From contig NMRA01000119.1 of the NCBI GenBank assembly GCA_002633005.1, positions 62,001-126,000 on the forward strand: 64,000 nt of DNA, written 5' to 3'. A program made the position numbers and the translations under genes. Shown here one piece after another: positions 12,801 through 24,400 of this stretch. The notes beneath the pieces were generated by a model, which was given only the letters and a program-made list of their open reading frames with translations, searched no databases and was not told the origin of the DNA. The stretch is from Phoronis australis (Eukaryota; Animalia; Phoronida). The first letter of the stretch is position 1; every line of letters begins with the position of its first letter.

Positions 12801-15800
12801 TTGAGAACCAGTTTGTTGCCTGTTATTCAGTGGAGAAATCTGATTCTCAAAACGTGGGACCCCTATAAGTGACTACTGCCGTAAACCAGGCGTTTATTAT
12901 GTCAAATGCAATGCAATGATCTGAGAAAATGCCAAGTCGCATTATTAGTAGAACCAGGAAAAATTTGACATGCTACGTTATAAAACTTGACACACCAAGC
13001 TGGCCTAATATTTGTCTCGCCATGTTGGTCAATGAAGATTAGTCATAATACAAGCGACTAAGTTTCAGATTTGTCATACCACTTGACTGTGTGACAATCA
13101 TCACACTAAATATAAAATTTTTAGTTACTCATGCCATGCTGATTATAGTCTTTTAATAGATAAGCCAAGAGGACAACAACAAAATCCCACATATAAGCCA
13201 CAAGCCTATATTTGACCATACTCTTAAATTGCAAGGAAATACATAACACCACCAACAACCCCATGTTTGCCATTTTGAACTTTGCAACATGTCTGTTCCT
13301 GTAATCACGTTATTTATTTATTTAATTATGAACTGGTTTTGGCTAACCAATATCTTATTACGATTATGCAGGAATTCATCAACAAGCCCATGCATTTAGT
13401 CTACTATCTACAAAATTGTAGATTTCAACTCGAAAAAGAATAATATAATATATTTTCTGAAAGTGGAAAGCACACAGAATTGTCCTCAACATTAACTGGG
13501 TCAGACGATTATGACATTTTAGTCAAATTTAGCAAAAAGGAAAGTACATTCCTAGCAAAACAAAGGTATCGAATTTCATTTGATTTATTTTTTTCAAGAT
13601 GAAATACTCAAAACACAGTTCTAGTTTCATAAATTTTCATTTGGTTTTCATTTTATGCAACTCTTGAGCTTTTCCATAAAAATCATAAAAGACCTTTTTT
13701 TGACAGGGTAACATTTTATTAAAAACAATTCCAAACGAAGTTATGGAGAACAGTGAACATTTGGACGCCGTATTCGCATCAACTGTTCATTGTCATGAAC
13801 TAAGCGACAACTTCCGTCTTGCACTAGTTATTGGATATGTGTGTGTGTGGACGCTCCACTGAAAGTGGTACAAGTTACACTAGTGCAAGTTGCACTAGTG
13901 CAAGCTGCACTAGTGCAAGTTGTTCCAGGTTAAGACTGTGTAAACGGGACTTAATACACAATTATCACAATTATAAAAACCTGTAAAAAGAATCACCCTA
14001 ATTACGAGAAAGTGCGGAGAAGAAAACAGGTACCAAAGAAACGAGCATGCGAGATGATGTGAAGTTGCACAGCTTCAGGCTATGAACACTCACCAATTCT
14101 CTGTTCAGCTATGGCCTCTGCCCTGGCATTGAGTATCTCGGTTGACTCTTCCAAGAGAGGTATGGTTGGAGGTACAACTCCAGTGGGTGTAGGACTACCA
14201 ACCACGACATCAGTGCCACCTGTCTGCTATAGCAAAAATGAAAGAAATGCACCAAATCAGTATTCCCTCACAACCTCTTCAGTATGACCATAAAGGATTC
14301 TTTAGTTCCTGTAGTCATATGGTCTAATCCTTCACTTATTTACCCTGCAATGTAGCTTACGAGCGGAATTTTAACTTTCAAATTTCTCTACAAAAACAGT
14401 TTGGTAACATATCTCTAACTTAGGACACAACATATCGGACAACTGAAATTATATTTCTTATTTTTTCCTTAAAAGCCCAACTTTCAGCAAACAAATGCTG
14501 TACCACTTCTAAGTTCAATAACATAGGTACCATCAGTCAATGTTTTGTGAAAATGTGGATATTCACAGCAGTTTTAGAAGTTTTTGAAAAATGTAAATAG
14601 GCTACTTGTGAGATTTCACCACATTTAAGGTTATGTAAGACGTTACCAACAAGTATTCACAAAACTGTAGAAATAAACTCTGTAAAAGAATTATTTTCTG
14701 AAAGTGGGAAGCCTTTAGACTGTGACTTTTAATTTTGTACCTATTGGTCATTACTTGGGTACCATGACCATGTCTTTTTGGTAAAAGTTAGAAAAAGAAA
14801 GCAACATTCAAAGAAAAAAATTATGAACACCATTGAATAAACTCATATAAATGTCGAAGATGAAATCTCAAAACATGACAATGGTTTTCTAAAATATCAT
14901 TTATTCTTTATATGCAACTTTTGATTTTCTTCATAATAATCGTATAGGTCCTCTTTAAATGTAACACCACCTCATGCAAAAGAGAAATTTTTCAAAAAAA
15001 AAACAATTCCTACAGTAAAAATTCTCAGCTTTGGGATACTAAAATTGTCATTTGGAAATACACCACATAGCTGTGCAGTCCAAAAGTGACATATTTTCCA
15101 GGTTTTAAAAACATCCATCTAGGGATTAGACAGATAAAACAACAAAACACCCTAAAACTGACACTAGGTGGCACAGCAGCTGGAGAACTTGAGAGGAAGT
15201 CGTTCTCATCTATCACCATATTCTCAAATTTTAACACATCATACAAGGGGTTTAAGAGATGCAGCTCCCTTTGATGGACAGACGCTGTACAGGAATTATG
15301 GCAATATGAACCCACACATAAGAACTACAGACAGGTGGTACACACATTTGTTCCTGACAAACAGCACACAATACCTCAAGCACAGGCAATGATAATGAAT
15401 GTGAACTTTACAAATTATGATATATCTCCCACAGAGAGAAACCAGCAGAGGGATGCACAGGTGATTTAAGCATGACACACCAAGGCAAATGAGGCAGGGG
15501 GAGGCAGGCAGGGGGCAATTATAACGAAAATGTAGGCAAAGTAATTGTGCAAAATTGTCATTTACCCCCAGGCAGCAAAGTCTGGATACCCTTATGGCAA
15601 TGTACAGGTGAAAAATAGCTGGTAGCAAAACCTCAACGCATGTGGCGTATTTACAATAACATTCACCACATGGCAAGACTGCAGTAATAACTAGGGATAA
15701 ACCAAACAGCTTAATAATAAATTATTTCAATCCGATCATACAACTTCTGCTTACCTCTGCTTTGACAGGGGCAGTCTGCCAGGATCCCCCTTGCTTCGGC

Positions 15801-15817
15801 TCCACCGAGCCCTCCAT
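725..15817 (-). CDS. RNF111: Arkadia/RNF111-RNF165-family RING-H2 E3 ubiquitin ligase (SUMO-targeted); multi-exon, 3' end outside the window
   Basis: Coding exons with GT-AG boundaries and consistent phases: 15817-15755, 14226-14094, 12676-12584, 9563-8018, 6941-6859, 6226-5946, 5367-5298, 5094-4873, 3037-2902, 2612-2456, 1983-1879, 1392-1297, 822-725 (3083 nt, ~1027 codons). The C-terminus reads [34 protein letters not shown]...[15 protein letters not shown], the Arkadia NRG/TIER segment plus the start of RING-H2. SIM-like motifs and a His-rich tract lie upstream. Confidence 0.9.
1297..1392 (-). CDS. RNF111: Arkadia-like exon, NRG/TIER motifs
   Basis: tag|[32 protein letters not shown]|gtaaat. 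Confidence 0.92.
1879..1983 (-). CDS. RNF111: Arkadia-like exon
   Basis: cag|[35 protein letters not shown]|gttggt; phase 0-0. Confidence 0.85.
2456..2612 (-). CDS. RNF111: Arkadia-like exon, His-rich
   Basis: Encodes ...[19 protein letters not shown]...HISLEHAM; phase 2-0; gtaagc donor. Confidence 0.85.
2902..3037 (-). CDS. RNF111: Arkadia-like exon, Pro-rich
   Basis: [20 protein letters not shown]...GAT; phase 1-2; gtaagt donor. Confidence 0.82.
4873..5094 (-). CDS. RNF111: Arkadia-like exon
   Basis: [11 protein letters not shown]...[17 protein letters not shown]...PPPPYG; phase 1-1; gtgaga donor. Confidence 0.82.
5298..5367 (-). CDS. RNF111: Arkadia-like small exon (70 nt)
   Basis: tttttag|[23 protein letters not shown]|gtaatc; phase 0-1, which reconciles the phases of the flanking exons. 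Confidence 0.75.
5946..6226 (-). CDS. RNF111: Arkadia-like exon
   Basis: EDPVDITDT...RSGHAE|gtcagt; phase 1-0. Confidence 0.8.
6859..6941 (-). CDS. RNF111: Arkadia-like exon with VVDLT SUMO-interacting motif
   Basis: [27 protein letters not shown]; phase 2-1; gtaagg donor. Confidence 0.85.
8018..9563 (-). CDS. RNF111: Arkadia-like large N-terminal exon (disordered, SIM-like motifs)
   Basis: Lies within the 541-aa ORF 7987-9612; acceptor tttag at 9564, donor gttaga at 8017; acidic SIM-like motifs [23 protein letters not shown]. Confidence 0.88.
9790..12230 (+). mobile_element. Degenerate L1/Tx1-clade LINE ORF2 (reverse transcriptase) in an Arkadia intron, antisense to the gene
   Basis: Frameshifted fragments [66 protein letters not shown], and C-terminal [14 protein letters not shown]. 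Confidence 0.85.
12584..12676 (-). CDS. RNF111: Arkadia-like exon
   Basis: [30 protein letters not shown]; phase 1-1; gtgagt donor. Confidence 0.75.
14094..14226 (-). CDS. RNF111: Arkadia-like exon
   Basis: [16 protein letters not shown]...AIAEQRI; phase 0-1; gtgagt donor; NAGNAG acceptor (tagCAG). Confidence 0.72.
15755..15817 (-). CDS. RNF111: Arkadia-like first coding exon
   Basis: ttccagAC-ATG [21 protein letters not shown]|gtaagc. Confidence 0.7.
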
Positions 15818-18174
15818 GTCTGGAAAACACGAAGCATAAAAAAGTGTCCCCTCAGCAAAAGATGAGTCGGCAATTTTCACACAGCATGGAAGCTGCATTC
15901 TACCCAGTTTATCTGGCTAATTTTTTATGTTTATTAAGAAAAATACAAAGAACAAAAACATTGCCTGTGACCTGTGACTTGAGGCGGTAACGAAAGTAGA
16001 ATCTGATCACGTCAAGGAATATTATAATTTAATGCAAGTAAAAGGAGTAATTCAATTTTAACTAGCTAAACAGTGGAAAATACAGCCTTAAAATTTATAT
16101 CGCCTATCCTCATTAAAACCATTTACGCAAACACTGTCTAATTACATACTCAGGATTTTCAAGATTTACCAACGTACACAAATGCTTGCATTTAAATATG
16201 TAATGGAATAACAAATTTTTGTTTTACAAAATACTTATTGGTGTTCACAATAAAAATGAGGTTAATAGCCTCTTCTGGTTTTCCTGATGAGATCTAGGCA
16301 CTTGCTTGCTAACATCTGAAGGGTAATTATCAGCTTCATTTCTGTGGTAGGGTAAAATCTCTACCCAGGGTAAAATCTCTACCCATAGGGTCAAGTTTTT
16401 AATTATTTTCAAATCAATAGCACAGCAATTCTCCATTTATTTTGCACACCCAAAATTATTTGGAAAAAGAATATTTCGACATTCACTCATTTTGAACAAC
16501 ACTGCTTAGAGGTATTTTCTTACCTCACTTATTTAACACGTCCTAATTTTTGCACCATGGAAAAACGTCAAGGCAAATCCCTATGTTAGACCATAAACAC
16601 CTTTTTAACTGTGATAATAACTTTCGAACACTGCATATTCACGATAACATACATCCATCCACAAGAAATACGTCATACTGTTGTAAACATGAAGTGAAAG
16701 GGAAGACCTAGGTGACCGTCATGTAACACACAGGTACTTGCTTAATAGAGAATTTCACAACAGAGCAAAAATACTTTTCTGTTGGAATAAGAAAAAGAAA
16801 CAAAGACCTACTAAATTATTGTTAATTGGATCATGTGGGGAGCTGGAGGGCTGATTTTGCTAACTTCGCGCATGGGCAGATAGCAATGCTTGGTTACTCA
16901 GTTAATTTTCCACACCCGTCGACCACGAAGCCTGTTTACTCAGTGCATATAACACCCCCCCAACTGACTGTGAAAATACAATATTAGTTTGTGCTGTGGG
17001 AGTAGGAGGAGAATACCATAGCATACCTTTAGAAGATTGTAATTATGCTGTGTACCTCCTAGCTGAAATGTACATTTCATTACATGTTTGTAATTATGCT
17101 GCACTGTACCTCCTAGATGAAATGTACATTTCATTACAAGTTTATATTTTACTTCAATCAGCATCACAAGTACATGCTTCAAAATATTTAAAATGCCATT
17201 ACCGTGAGTACTTCAATTGCTGTGCTTGCATGAACTTGGTATTCTGCTTGATCTCAAGATCATGTATGCCTAAGCTTGGAGTACCCAAGTAAACTTGGCA
17301 AGGTCACCCAAATAATCATTTTCAAGTTGATAAAAATTTGCACTGTTCTACTATTTAAAGTAAATCTCATATTAACAAAACCATGTAAGTTTTAACAGAT
17401 CTTTACTAGCCTGATTAGCTATTCACATATTCCTCTAATTCTGTGACACAAGTTCCAGTAAAGGAGAAAATTATGATCGGTAGGCAAATAAATAGAAAAA
17501 TTCTTTATACCGAACAAGTTTCACCCAATTGCTTTAATGAATACATAATTCCAAGTTCAAGCATACACATTATTGAGATTAAGCGTATTTCTAAATTTAA
17601 GCACAACACATTCACTCTGACATTAGTCACAACTCATGTTAAAAATGAATGCCGCGGACTTATTGATTTTCAATAAACCGTTGTTAAAAAGAAGCTCAAA
17701 TATTCGAATAAAATAACAATAACTTTTAAGTGAATCCAATAGATTTTAAGATGTTTCATCGGGAGTAATTATTAAAGATCATTGATATAGACGATGTTGA
17801 CCATGTACCAAAACAGTCTAAGATAACTGAGAATGGGAGTCGGAGAGTCAGTGAAAGGGAGTTTGGAAAAAATCATTGAATGAATAGCTAGTTCTAAACG
17901 AACAAGTTCACAAGGCTATGATCAACCTAGTGACATGATAAAAATTAGAGTTTGGATTTTAACAGGATGGTATTTTCCCACATTGACAACAGCCAACAGG
18001 TCATTGTCAGGTCATTCGTTCAACGGCAGTGTCAATGACTGGAAAGATTGTGATTCACATCACAACAACCTTGTAAGTTCTCGACGGTGTTGAAACCAAA
18101 TTGACACAGAGTTCGGGTTCTTTTAAAACCTCTGACGCTTGATAATGTCTTAGGTAATGATTATGAACTCTTAC

Positions 18175-18290
18175 CCCACACCTGCTGCCAGGTAGGATGA
18201 GATTTTGATGTCTTTCTCCGCCGAATTGTTTACAATGTCTTCTCCTTCGATCAGAAATTTTAACCCTGATAACCAACGACTTCCGTGCTT
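18175..18290 (-). other. Probable non-coding first exon (5' UTR) of the Arkadia-like gene
   Basis: Donor GGG|gtaaga at 18174 on the - strand next to the promoter. An upstream exon is implied by the acceptor 2 nt before the ATG. The start coordinate is approximate. Confidence 0.5.
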
Positions 18291-18340
18291 GCGCACATAA
18301 ATAAGTCCACTAGATGTCGCTGAAGTTCAACATGGCCGAC
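18270..18340. promoter_or_regulatory. Compact bidirectional promoter between the Arkadia-like gene and ALG13
   Basis: ETS core ACTTCCG 18279-18285, CTCF-like CCACTAGATGTCGC 18307-18320, YY1-like AACATGGCCG overlapping the ALG13 ATG; divergent genes on each side. Confidence 0.6.
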
Positions 18341-18424
18341 GTAAACAAAAAGGTGTTCGTGACAGTTGGAACCACAAGTTTTGATGGTCTAGTGGAATGT
18401 GTCTGCCGAGAGGAAAACGTAGAG
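18332..18424 (+). CDS. ALG13: ALG13 exon 1
   Basis: MADVNKKVFVTVGTTSFDGLVECVCREENVE|gtatta. Confidence 0.92.
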
Positions 18425-21400
18425 GTATTACTGAAAAAAATAGTCATGAGATAAGGCAATCAGTGTACCATGTCCAGATCACTAATTAAACCTGCAGGCG
18501 CTAGCGAGCCATTGCTAGCATTTAACCACGTCCAAAAGTCAAAACTAGGTCTAGGCCTAGGACTCGGCCGGGGAGGCTGACCTTCTCGAAGCGACAAAAA
18601 AATTCTTCTGCGAAACTTATTTAGTTATGGACCCCAGAATGTGTGAAAACTTGTATAGGCAATTACATCGAACGCCATGAAAAGTGTTGTGGTTCGCACG
18701 ACTTTTCTCACTGGGTGCCATTTTGAGGAAATTCCGTGAAATCACGTATTTTGATAAACAAAAAGTCCAATTGATAAAAATTTTTCCACTCCAGCTGATA
18801 TCTTCCCATGCTATTTTTTCCTCCAATTGTCAGGTGCCACTAGTCATGCGCTTCTCTCGTTCTCGCTCTTGTCCTTGCTTAACTCTCATGACATCAGCTC
18901 AAATACTTTGTGATAATTGCACACAGTGAAAAAGTGAAAGCCTACCAACAAACTGGGGTGTTGGAATTCTTCACCCAAGTCATCTTAATACTCGAGGTAC
19001 TAGTGTACACGTGCTTCATCAAATGCATACATTAGAACCAGAAATGATTGCTGAAGAAAGTAAGTGCTTTTAAGTGATAATTTTAAGTGTAAAATGTGTT
19101 TTTGACAAGGTAAAAACCTGTTATTCAGTGACCGCATTTTGACTACCACCTGCTTTAAATACACGGGATGCAATTAGTTCAGAAAGTGATGTAGGGTATT
19201 GTAACTAGGTGTATAGAAACCTGAGGTACTTTGTGTTGCATTGTTATGTTATAATTTAGAATTATTAGTTTTCTTACACTCCATGCATTGCTCAGATCAT
19301 GTGACCTATAGTTAAGTCTGAAAATACCTCTGTCCCAACTTGGTTTCAAATGCGGGACTTTGTGCCAACAGAGCATCTGCACGGTTAGCAGAAAGGCTTA
19401 ATTTCATGGTTTATCTAGGTCCATAGGCAGCGGAATTGTTTGAACTAGACACAGCAGATATTAGATTTTAAAACAGGTTAATTGTTGAATGAATAAGTTG
19501 GTTTTGCAAACAGACAGGTTATTTAGCAAATGAGCAAGTTAGTTTTGACAAACAGATAGGTTTTGACAGACAGGTTAGCCTTCAAATGAACATGTTGGTA
19601 TTGCCAAACAGACACATAAGTCAAACAGGCGATAGAGAGGGTGTTATTACAACTCGAGGAATAGCTAATGTCACTGAGTGTTTGAATAAGAAGGCCCGTT
19701 ATGAGCACAATAATTTACCAATTTAAAGTTCTTTGTTTTGGTCTCCAGCATAAATAATTTCTTGCATTGTACTGCTCTCAGTTTGTTATCCTAAAAGACA
19801 TTTGTAACCCTGGTGTACTTGCTTGTTGAAATAGCGGTTGATAAATTACAAATTATTGAACTGCCTATGACCATATATAAAAGCACAGGTCTTCAAAGCT
19901 TGGGTTTGGTCACACTGCTAAATAATTGTCATTCCATAATTTGAAATATTTTTGTTAACACAATAACTTGCAATTTTGTTTGATACTTTGTGATACATAA
20001 TAATTTTATTTCTAACTTGTTTTTATTAGTGATCTGTGAATGGTGTTAGTACCATAAGAATTTTACCATTTTTTACCTCTAAAATTTGTTTGACGAGATT
20101 TGAAATTGATTAAATGAGTGTTGTATTTGTGTAGTGGAGCATATGTGTATCTACTCTTGCCCATCCGAAAATCAAAATACCATAATGCATGTTTGGGGAG
20201 CAGTTAAGTCATTGAGTTTCAGTGACGTCATTTGTTTTCCAGTCAGTGGTGCCCTCTCTCTATTTCACACACTTGTCTTGTTTTGTTAGAAGATGGCTTG
20301 TCCTTCCACAGTTGAGTTTATTATTTGAAAGTTGACCCTCACATTGTATATCACTTGCCCACTTACTTGTTTGTTTGACAGTTGACACTTGTTTATCTTG
20401 GATAGTGTTTGTACATTTTATACTTGTTTATTTGACTATTAATCACTTGTCTGTTTAGCAAACCACTTGTCTATTTGTCAAATCACTTGTCTGTTTGGGA
20501 GTACTGTCTATTTTGAACCTTTTCCATGTCATTATAGATCACTTAACTAAGTCTAGCAGAAACTCCCACAGAATTCATTCTCTAGATTTAGATCAGTCAG
20601 CTGCTCTACAACTTTCAAAGTTGGTGGAGGATAAGTCAAGAACAACACTTGATCACTATGAGATGTAATGACTTGTTATTCCTTAAATTCTTAAAAGGTT
20701 TTTGCAATGTGTTGTAAATTATCAGTGAAGTAAATTCCTCCCAACGAAAATGGCTTTGAACTAAGAAGGGCATTGAGTGTAAATGAGTTTCCCTGATAAA
20801 TAAGTTTCCTGAGCCCTGTTGCGCATCCATAACTTTTCTCTTCATTCAATAATTTGTGGAAAGATTTTCATTTGAGTAAGTCACTGTTCACCAGTATCCT
20901 TTATCAGAGTAATTTGTTTGTGCATCGTAATATTGTTAAGTTAAAATTCGTATGAATTAAAAACCTAATAAATAACCAGCTCTTATCTACGGTAGGTCTG
21001 ACCTAGCCTTGGTACAAAATTGGTCTGACCGAAAAACCCATCACTGCGAATTACCTTGAAAAAGTACCAAGTACTACCTTAATTAACAGTGAGATCTAAA
21101 GTTAAGAAAGTTAAATGTTTACTAAATTTTACTGCTAAATCTATTGAATACTTCAGGGAACACCTTCTTAAAGGGAAATTATTTTCTGGAGGAAAATTTT
21201 TTTACATGACACCGTCCCTCTTAACTTCAGGTAGGATCTTCTAATGGTACTTTCACAATTGTTGCAAGTACGGCCAGCAGATTTGTGAGAGGGCATTACC
21301 CACCCCTGGGTCGCTGTCCACTCACTTATGAATGCCCCTAGGACTCCTCAGTGGGTTCCACAACTTAACCCCGCCTTTTCATGTTGTGTCCTTAAGCTTC

Positions 21401-24400
21401 TCCATTGCCCACCGTCACAGTCTTGGAATCACTTCCACCCTCTGATGCCATAGAGACTGTAAAGATGCAACTGACAAGATTTTACTAGCACTGCTGTGTT
21501 TAGTGGGAATGCTGAAATAATGATTATCTCTTGTATCTGCACTCTATGCGATGCACAGGGTGGTGCACATCAATGCTTGGAGTTGCTCTTGTTAATTTGT
21601 TAGTTGTTTTTTCTTTTCCTGTTGTACAATGACATAATACTTGAAAGGGAATGTGGTCATTTAAACTAAGAATAATGGAATAACTACTTGCCCCTTGCTT
21701 AGTTGCTGCTTTCTCCAACATTACGGGTGTATTTTTTATCTTCCACTTGCCATATGTTATACCGGGTAATTGTAATATGCCTAATGTTTTGTTTTCTCAA
21801 TTTTAGTTGTTGCGCAGGTTAGGTTACACAGATGTTCTGTGTCAAATAGGACGTGGGACATACGAACCACCTTCAACAACATCGGTTCAGTTCTACAGGT
21901 ACAAGGACACCATAGTGGGCGATATAGAATCAGCTGATCTGATAATTAGTCATGCAGGTAATCTATTTCTAGATGTAGGCCGCAACATGGAAAATCAGTG
22001 CTTCTATTGCCAGGTGATTATAAACTCTGATAACCTGCTTGTATTGCATCATTGCATGCATGGGTATGATTGAATTAATGAAACTCTGTCATTTCCTTGT
22101 GGATGGCTGGAGGCAGGTCATCACTGACCAGTGCCAGTAGCTTAGGATAGACTGAAGATCAGTTTGAGACTTGAGTTAATCACTTGATTAATCTCAACTG
22201 CAAGTTCACAAGTTCACTCAAAACTTGTAATCAATGTGTTACATGATCAAATGCCCAAATGCCCCAGTCAATGCTTGGTGAGTCATTTTCGGTAATTAAC
22301 TGTCTGTCTCACTTCAGCACATGGTTACTATTAGTCTGTGACTCAGTGGCTGGCAGACTCCCTTTCACTCATGTTGTTGTAGTTTGTCATGATGTCACTT
22401 GAATTTTTTATCAATTTTATACTCTACATACTGTTACCGTCTGGAATCTACCCAATCATTCTGTACTAGACTTCTAGGCTATATATATTCCAGGCTTTCA
22501 CAATGTTCCAGGCTTCTAGAATGTTCCTCATGGTTGTTCTTATTGGAATTCAATAGTGTAATGTGCCCGAGACTTTTCTCAAACATTCTGTGATGTCACT
22601 GGGCTGATGCTCACACGGGTTGAGTCAACCAACTACTAACTTTCAGTATTTGTGTTGAAGCATTATAATTTTGTATATGAACATAAATTATAATTTTACT
22701 GAATAAATTCATCATCAGTCCAATCCTGACAAACAAAATTTGTAATAGTGTGAAATTACCATTAATGTTAGACTAGCATTGCTGTAATTTTGCACTTACC
22801 GGTATACTAGTTAACTTTTACATCATGTCTTTGAAATTGTTTCNTTTCTGTCTGTGATGTAAGTTAGAGTTTTCTAATAGGAGTTAGTCATTACACTGCT
22901 AACTTATCCCGATTAGAGGCATACCTTACTATGAACAATCTTGCCAAATGCATGCGCGCACCCAGTACCACCCAGCCTAAAAATGGAGTCCTTGAATTTT
23001 TGAGAATGTGGACCTTTTACTGAGATTCACATTGGTACGTTCAGACTTTAGTCTCGTTTTCTACCCTTTTTTCGGAGTTTTTGTTTGTTTGAGACGGACC
23101 CTTTTGCCCACTCAACCCAATGGAGCCCCCCTGAGTGCGCAAATAAAATGTTTCATGGCTTGAATACCATAATATTAATACACCTGTATGCGAGCATTGC
23201 CTATCAACAACACAGCTATCACTTAGTGTTGGAAAATGTTTTCAGCTTGGTTATTGAATAAAATATTAAGTTTCTAAAGGACGTTAAACAAAACATCCAC
23301 ACTCAATTAGTATTTTTCCTTATATCAATGTGACGAGTTCAGCATCACCTCCAGTCCCTATTCAATTAAGTCAAGGCTGTTTTGAAATTCTCGTGCAGAT
23401 GCAGAAAGCGTGATTTGCATTGTTTATCTAACCAAAATAAAACTAAAGAACTGAAAGAATAACAAATAACATTCATGACTTTTGTAAGTACTATGGTCAT
23501 ATCTATGCGCGACTTCAACTGAGAACTATTTTGTTTTTAATGCAGTGAATGCACGGGTGATTAGTCTGAGCCGTGTAGGGCTTAGGGTAACTTTGATCAA
23601 TGTAGATTATGTCTCATAATTATAAAGAAATAGTCAATCTCTCAGTGATTTCAGATTTTGCTCTCATGAGCATCTGTTTTTGTTTCACGACACCTTTTAT
23701 TTTGTCAGTAATTCTGTACAAGAACTGTGCTGTCATCAAGAAGCCTGTTTATCACGAGCCACTGATCTAAGGTCCATTTTGTGGAGTAGAACAATTACTG
23801 CATTAGGAATGTCTTCGCTGCAATAAAAAGCCGTCTAAAATATACTAACATACTATGGACTGAAACTCATGATTTTTCAAACTGTTTGACATTTGAAATT
23901 GAATTCATCGGAAAATGTTTGGTGAGGATCATTTTTAAGGGAAAAGGTTAGAAAATAAGACAAAATAACTGATGCATTAGCTTTCAGTTCTCCACTACCA
24001 AATTTAATAACTCTTTGAATCGTAGTATACAGTATCATTGGTTTGCGAGCTATAATACCATGCAGACAAAAGACAACGCTGCAACCCCGAAGAATGCACT
24101 AGATTGATAAATGGATTGAGCCTCAATTTGGAAACTTACCGGTATGTCATCTGGAGTTGAAACCAAACAGGAGGTTTTTGTTATAGTTCCTCATTTTACA
24201 CCACCACACAATGGACTGAGTGGAGGTCAGTGCTTGTGCGGCAGGATTTGTCTCAGAGTTTCTAGTTTGAAACTCATCGTACTGCCAGTTTTGACTTCAC
24301 TTAATTATTGCTGTCAGGCTTTAAACTTGACAGTCCAACTGTTGTTAAAATACACAATACTATTTCCGTGAGCTGGATAATTTTAAGAACTGCTCAATGA

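Noticed and set aside
17037-17138. ~50-bp direct duplication in the first Arkadia intron
   Set aside because: Ordinary local tandem duplication with no coding or structural signal.
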